Origin: Catajapyx aquilonaris
Taxonomy: Eukaryota
Length of the DNA: 50,311 nucleotides
Direction: 5' to 3'
Assembly: GCA_000934665.2 (NCBI GenBank)
Contig: KZ538735.1
Location: 1-50,311, forward strand
Of the stretch, positions 45,401-50,311 are shown one piece after another. The notes beneath the pieces were generated by a model. That model did not search any database, was not told the DNA's origin, and was given only the letters and a program-made list of their open reading frames with translations. The first letter of the stretch is position 1, and each line of letters begins with the position of its first letter. Made by a program: the position numbers and the translations under genes.

Positions 45401-48400
45401 AGCTGATAGCAAATCGAAGGCGTACACAAGTTGCGTGCTGATTACGTCGTCTTGTTGCGAGGAGGATAGCAACGGGGATAATCGAGTCACTGTGAGCGTT
45501 GGTGACCCGTCCGATTTGTCCAATGTGAGCGTCGTGGCCGTGAGCGACACTGCAGCTTCAGGAGTGGCTATAGTGACCAACTCCAACACCATTCTTGCCG
45601 AAGAGAGTGATATGGGAGTGGAGGAAGGCGGCACAGGCGGAAGAGTGGTGGTCCATCATACCAATCAGGCTCCAGTCGGGAGGCTGTCAGGCTCCGGAAG
45701 CGGAGTCGTCAATCTGCAGCAACTAATAGCCCAGACGAGAGAGGCCAGCGAGGAGGTGAAAGCACGTAGGAGTCCTTTAGTAGGCGAGGAGGACACCAGC
45801 GAGTTGGCCAACTACTTCACATTAACTCTTGAGGCTAGCGTGCCACAGAAGAAGAAGCAGCCAGTCATGCATCGGAAGCAGCCTGGTCAGCAGGAGAGTG
45901 ACAAGGTGACGGTGACCTCGCCCGCGGTTGTGGATGAATTCGGAGAAGGGTCGCATCTGACCGACACGGAGTCGAAGGACGAGAGTGCGTCGGTTGTGTC
46001 TGAAGATGAGAGAGCAGGGTACGACCACTTTTGGGAGACTGCGGAGGAATCGGACAGGTCAGATCGGTCCATGGAGGAAGGCGAGTCCAACTACAGCGAG
46101 TCCGGATCGTCAGGTGATGAGGCCTACTTCGATCGGGAGGAAGAGCTTCGTGGGTACAACAACCGTACTATCGACTTCACGTTGCATACAATCATCGAAG
46201 AGAGCTGTGAAGAAAGCGATAGCGAGAGGAAGCCGCGTGATAACCAGCCCAAATCGGATCCATCGGAGCTGGAGAAATATTTTTATTTCGATTTGGGAGG
46301 TGGCAACAGCAGCGATCCGAACAGGAACAAGTACGCCAACGAAGAGAGCGAGTTCAGCGATGCATTTTCGGAGACGTCCAGTTCGGTGTACAGCGAAGGA
46401 GTGGACTGTTACGATAAGGACAACGAGGAGGATCCGGTTGAACTGGCGTCATCTCGGCTGGAAAAATATTTTTTGACCGGCTTCCTGGGGCTGGACCATA
46501 TGGAGGATACACAAGGAGAGGTGCTGTCGGACAACCAGACTGATGAGAGTGGTAGCGTCGGCAGTGATAGCGAGGGGCAGCCGAGTCCAGAGAGGCGGAG
46601 GAGGAAGGTGGGGCGGACCCGGGGCCAATGGGGCACCAGCAGGGCTTCAGACAGGACCGAGAGCATATGCAGCGAGGTGTCCTCCACTTCCCAGTTCGAA
46701 GAGGATGGGGTTCAGCGTGACCAGATGGACCTGAGCGACGACACAAGCACCGCGTCCAATACGAGCGACGAAGTCATGGCGTTTGAAAAAGGGGAGGGAC
46801 AATTTGACACCATAAAACGTCGGAAGAAGAAGAGAAGTTTGAGCGAAACTGCTGAGAGGAAGTCTGATTGCGAGAAAGCGGAAAGACCCAGGTCGTCTGA
46901 CCAGCTGGATGTTGCGGCGGCCACATCAGCCTCGTCAACTGTGGTTGAGGAGGTCAAAGATGCGGAACCGGATAAGTCAGCTCCGTCGTGGTCACCACCG
47001 GCCACTCCGACTCAAAATGGCCACTCTTCGTCCGAAACTGAGAAGGAAAGAGTGCTGTCCCCGCCTCTCATCAAAGTGTCTGCTGATGGTTGTAGAAGCA
47101 AGCATCAAAGCAGGGACAGCGGGTTTATAGGCAGCTGCGATGATCTGTTGAGTAACGGACACGGTGCTGTTGAGGAACTGGTCACTCGCCAACATGCAAG
47201 TTCAGAATCGAGCGGATCAGAGGGCGATCTGGTGGACAAGAAGGACCACCACGTGGAGGTGACTGTCGCTTCAGCTGAAATAGAACAGTTGGCCAAAGAC
47301 ATCTCTGAAGCCACAGAAGCAGCTTCCCTCACCCGCAGCGACTCCAAAAAGTCATCCAGGAGCAGCAGTATAGGTTCGGCCGATTCGACCATATCTCCAG
47401 CGACGCTTCCCCGGACCAGGAAGCTGGCCCGGAAGGACAGCTTCAACAACTGGAGCTCGGACGAGGAGACCAACCTGATGATGAACAAGATGAGGGCGTT
47501 TTTTAAGAACATGGTGGCCACCGCTGCTGCCGCCGCCGCCACCACCAAACCAGTGGTCAGCTGCGAAAACGGAGCTAAAGTGAAGCCACCGCAGCTGGTG
47601 TACTTTGAAAACGAGCTGACCCGCCTGATGAAGACAGTGCCTGACATCAACGAGGATCAGGTACGCGAAATAGTTGAATACCTAAGCAGCGAAGACACCT
47701 GGAGCGACAGCTACGATTCGTCTGATTACACCAGCAGTGACTTGGAAGGGCCATACGCCGCGTTTCATCCACAGTTTCCGATCCTACACCCTGTACCGGA
47801 ACTTCAAGAGCAGATATCGGCCAGTTGTCGCCAGATTATCCGGAAGTTTGACAGCCGGAACGATGAAGGTGCAATCAGTCCGCCTACCATACCATCTCGA
47901 TCAGGAAAGGAGGAAGAGAGCCAGCTGAACGGCGAGGCTGCAATGGTGTACCAGATGATGACCTCCCTGACCCGCAGCATGGGCACCACCACAGTAGAAG
48001 AGGTCCACCACCAGGAGGATGAAGGGACCGGAAGCCCCAACAACTCCCCGCCTCTCATCGCCAAAGTCATGCACCACATCGGCACCCGCCTGGTGGCCCT
48101 CATGCACGAAGTTTCCGCCAACAGCGACTCCATATCTCAAGGGTCACGTTCCAGCGAAGAGAACGGGTGTAACTCACCCAGTCGAGGGATGATGCTGTTC
48201 GAACCCATCACCTCAAGTCCTAAAAATGCTGGAGGTATGTTGCGAAACAGGATACATCGGAATAAATATGCGATGGCACCGGCTGTCGTTGCTGAACCTT
48301 CCAACTTGGAGGAAGTGGTGTCTTCTGGTGAGAAAAGCTCGTTGGCGTCCACTAGTTTCGAATCGGACAGTCCAACAGACACCGAGTTGTCCCCAGAGTC

Positions 48401-49407
48401 GGACGAGATGCATGCACCGAAAAGCGCATTGAAACATCTGTTCTCCAGTAAAGCCGAAGGTGTCCCACCTGATCTGTCCGGTCGTCCACTAAGCCTGTTG
48501 GGAAAACCGCAGAGGATTCAGGCTCAAAGGGTTGGAGCTGATGTGTCCAGAAGCCTATCGCATGAATCTGGCCTGTGGCATCGGCTGTGCATCGAAGAAC
48601 GAAAGGAGACCAAGGAGTCGTTGCAGTCGTCCAGTAGCGGTGTGTCCGACATTGCTGAGGAACGTGAGGGCGACTACTTCAGCTGGAAAGGCAGCTTTGA
48701 GTCAGCTTTGGCTGCAGACTCCAGAACCAAATTGTCGCTAGAAGCTAAGCGAAGAAGCGCAGGTTCGGACTACACACGCGGCTCGGGGTCAACCAGTGAC
48801 CTGTGCTCCAGTAGCGACCAGCTGGACAGGGCAGGTCGGGTCAAAAGCTGCGGGAACATTCTGGCTGGTTCAAAATCATCTTTACAACTATGGGCAGAAA
48901 AGGAGGCGGCTAGGGCGCGACCTAACATCGTGGGCAGCTCTGACCTCATATCGTACACCGGTACGCTGTCCAGAAGCCGTGGAAAGGACCTGGATTCGTC
49001 CGAGTTTCCTGGTCAGCTGTACGGACGAAGACGGAGCGTACCGGACACCGTCGGGGTCAGGGATGACCAGACTGGGGTCACAGGCGGGTCAGTCGGAACT
49101 GTTGAACCCAGATCGGTCACCTTACCACGCAGCAACACTACAGGGTCAGCCAGCACCAACTCACTGCCACGACTATGCCTTGGTCTGTCCTCGCCCATCA
49201 CCTCAACATCAGCTCCATCAACAATGCAGAAGGCCCAGAGCATGGTGTCCGAAAGCATGATGGCCCCACCCGGTATGCCGCCCCCGGTCAAATCCGCCCG
49301 GTACAGGCCACCAGGGTTCAAGCCTCCAATGTCCAGCCTGTCCAAAAGAGCCTTGTCCGCCCCTGGTTTGGCCCTCATCGGAAGGAAGGACCATCGCAAA
49401 ATGAGCG
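42474..49407 (+). CDS. btsz: giant (~6.9 kb, ~2310 codon) exon of the bitesize/synaptotagmin-like gene; acidic, Ser-rich, probably disordered; gene continues beyond the window
   Basis: Uninterrupted ORF (open from 42423, first ATG 42474) ending at donor AGCG|GTACGT (49407), where composition turns AT-rich. Contains blocks I recall from insect Bitesize long isoforms: DDYKLVFISSDSS, DWDYF, IDFTLHTIIEESCEES, ELASSRLEKYF, SRDSGFIGSCDDLL, RKDSFNNWSSDEETNLMM, LVYFENELTRLMKTVP, EYLSSEDTWSDSYDSSDY, KVMHHIGTRLVALMHEVS, FSWKGSFESAL, KSARYRPPGF. It lies directly downstream of the SHD exons. Confidence 0.85.
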
Positions 49408-50311
49408 GTACGTGTCATTTTTTTAAAATAAATAAATTGCAATTAACGCGAAACTGCTGCCAGATGTGTGTAAAGTCGCATGTATGTCGTAATGTTGTGT
49501 GCATCACGTCATGTCCGCAACTTTTCTTGGAGAGAGAGAAAAAAAAGGCGCGTGGGAAACACCCTTTATCCGGAAGTTTTTGTTTAGAAAGCAATGCGTT
49601 TTCTCCCTGCTGTAAGATTCAGCTTCTCATCCCAGCAGCTGGGGGCAACAATGACCACAACATGCACATTGACCCCCTATAGTATATATCCAAACATATT
49701 TTCAGTATCGAACCAACCAGTGAAAGCTGTCGGATTTATTCGCACGCACTATTGTGCAACTTTAAAAAAAGGATTTCCAGGTCACCGCTTCCTATGGTTG
49801 TCTTTACTTACACCTGAGTAGGTAACTACTAAGAGGAAATGAGGAGCTTTAATAGATCAGATAAAAGAGGGGTTCGTTAAGTATAGCACCAACAACGTTC
49901 GAAGGCCAGACGTTTAGGCCGCGGTCAACGGTCGTGGGAGATAAAACTGTTTTTGAAACCCAACGGAACTATTTTTTCTTTCTTTTTTTTGCCCCCGGTT
50001 ATATGAGACGGCCAGAGACACGAGAGGCGAATTAACTTCACCGTTTCCAAAGGTAATAACCAGCGACGGGATGTCTCCTTTGGCCTGAGTTGTAAAAATC
50101 GTACAGTGGTGCTCGAGCGTGATCTTGCAAAAAAAAAAAAAAGCGCCTTGGTTCTACATGATCGTGCATGAATTTTATGCTTTGGGAGACTCGATTCGGA
50201 TATTAACTGATTGTATATGTAATTGCAACAGGAGTAAGGTAGCAGATCAGAGCCAGAAATTAGCCAGGTGTTACATTTCAAGGGGGTCTTGTCTAAGCGA
50301 AATTATTTAGA

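Noticed and set aside
42419..49442. Many antisense and alternate-frame ORFs within the giant exon
   Set aside because: Shadow ORFs expected in a GC-rich, Ser/Glu-rich coding exon; no independent domain signal.
49408..49682. C-terminal ~90 aa of the 2415-aa ORF
   Set aside because: It follows a good donor (G|GTACGT), turns AT-rich with homopolymer runs and is most likely intron read-through. The listed ORF start at 42435 is also a GTG, not an ATG.

Overview
Eukaryotic, intron-rich genomic DNA, most likely from an arthropod (species not determinable). Four protein-coding genes were reconstructed by hand from GT-AG junctions and reading-frame continuity. (1) The 3' part (hinge and ligand-binding domain) of the NR2E nuclear receptor dissatisfaction (dsf), + strand; a tRNA-Gln(CTG) gene lies upstream on the - strand, probably in a dsf intron. 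(2) A complete 5-exon CHORDC1/morgana gene, - strand, tail-to-tail with dsf. (3) A complete cindr/CD2AP/CIN85 adaptor gene, + strand, head-to-head with CHORDC1, with candidate alternative first exons. (4) The 5' part of a synaptotagmin-like/bitesize gene, + strand, with an N-terminal Slp-homology domain and a ~6.9 kb giant exon; its C2 domains would lie beyond the window. Introns hold several MITE-like inverted repeats, one with its empty site in the same window, and an internally deleted LINE. I see no convincing wholly new biological system. The best leads are isoform-level: a putative palmitoylated cindr isoform lacking SH3A, a possibly intron-split start codon, and the SHD versus giant-exon architecture of bitesize. 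Most short six-frame ORFs are spurious.
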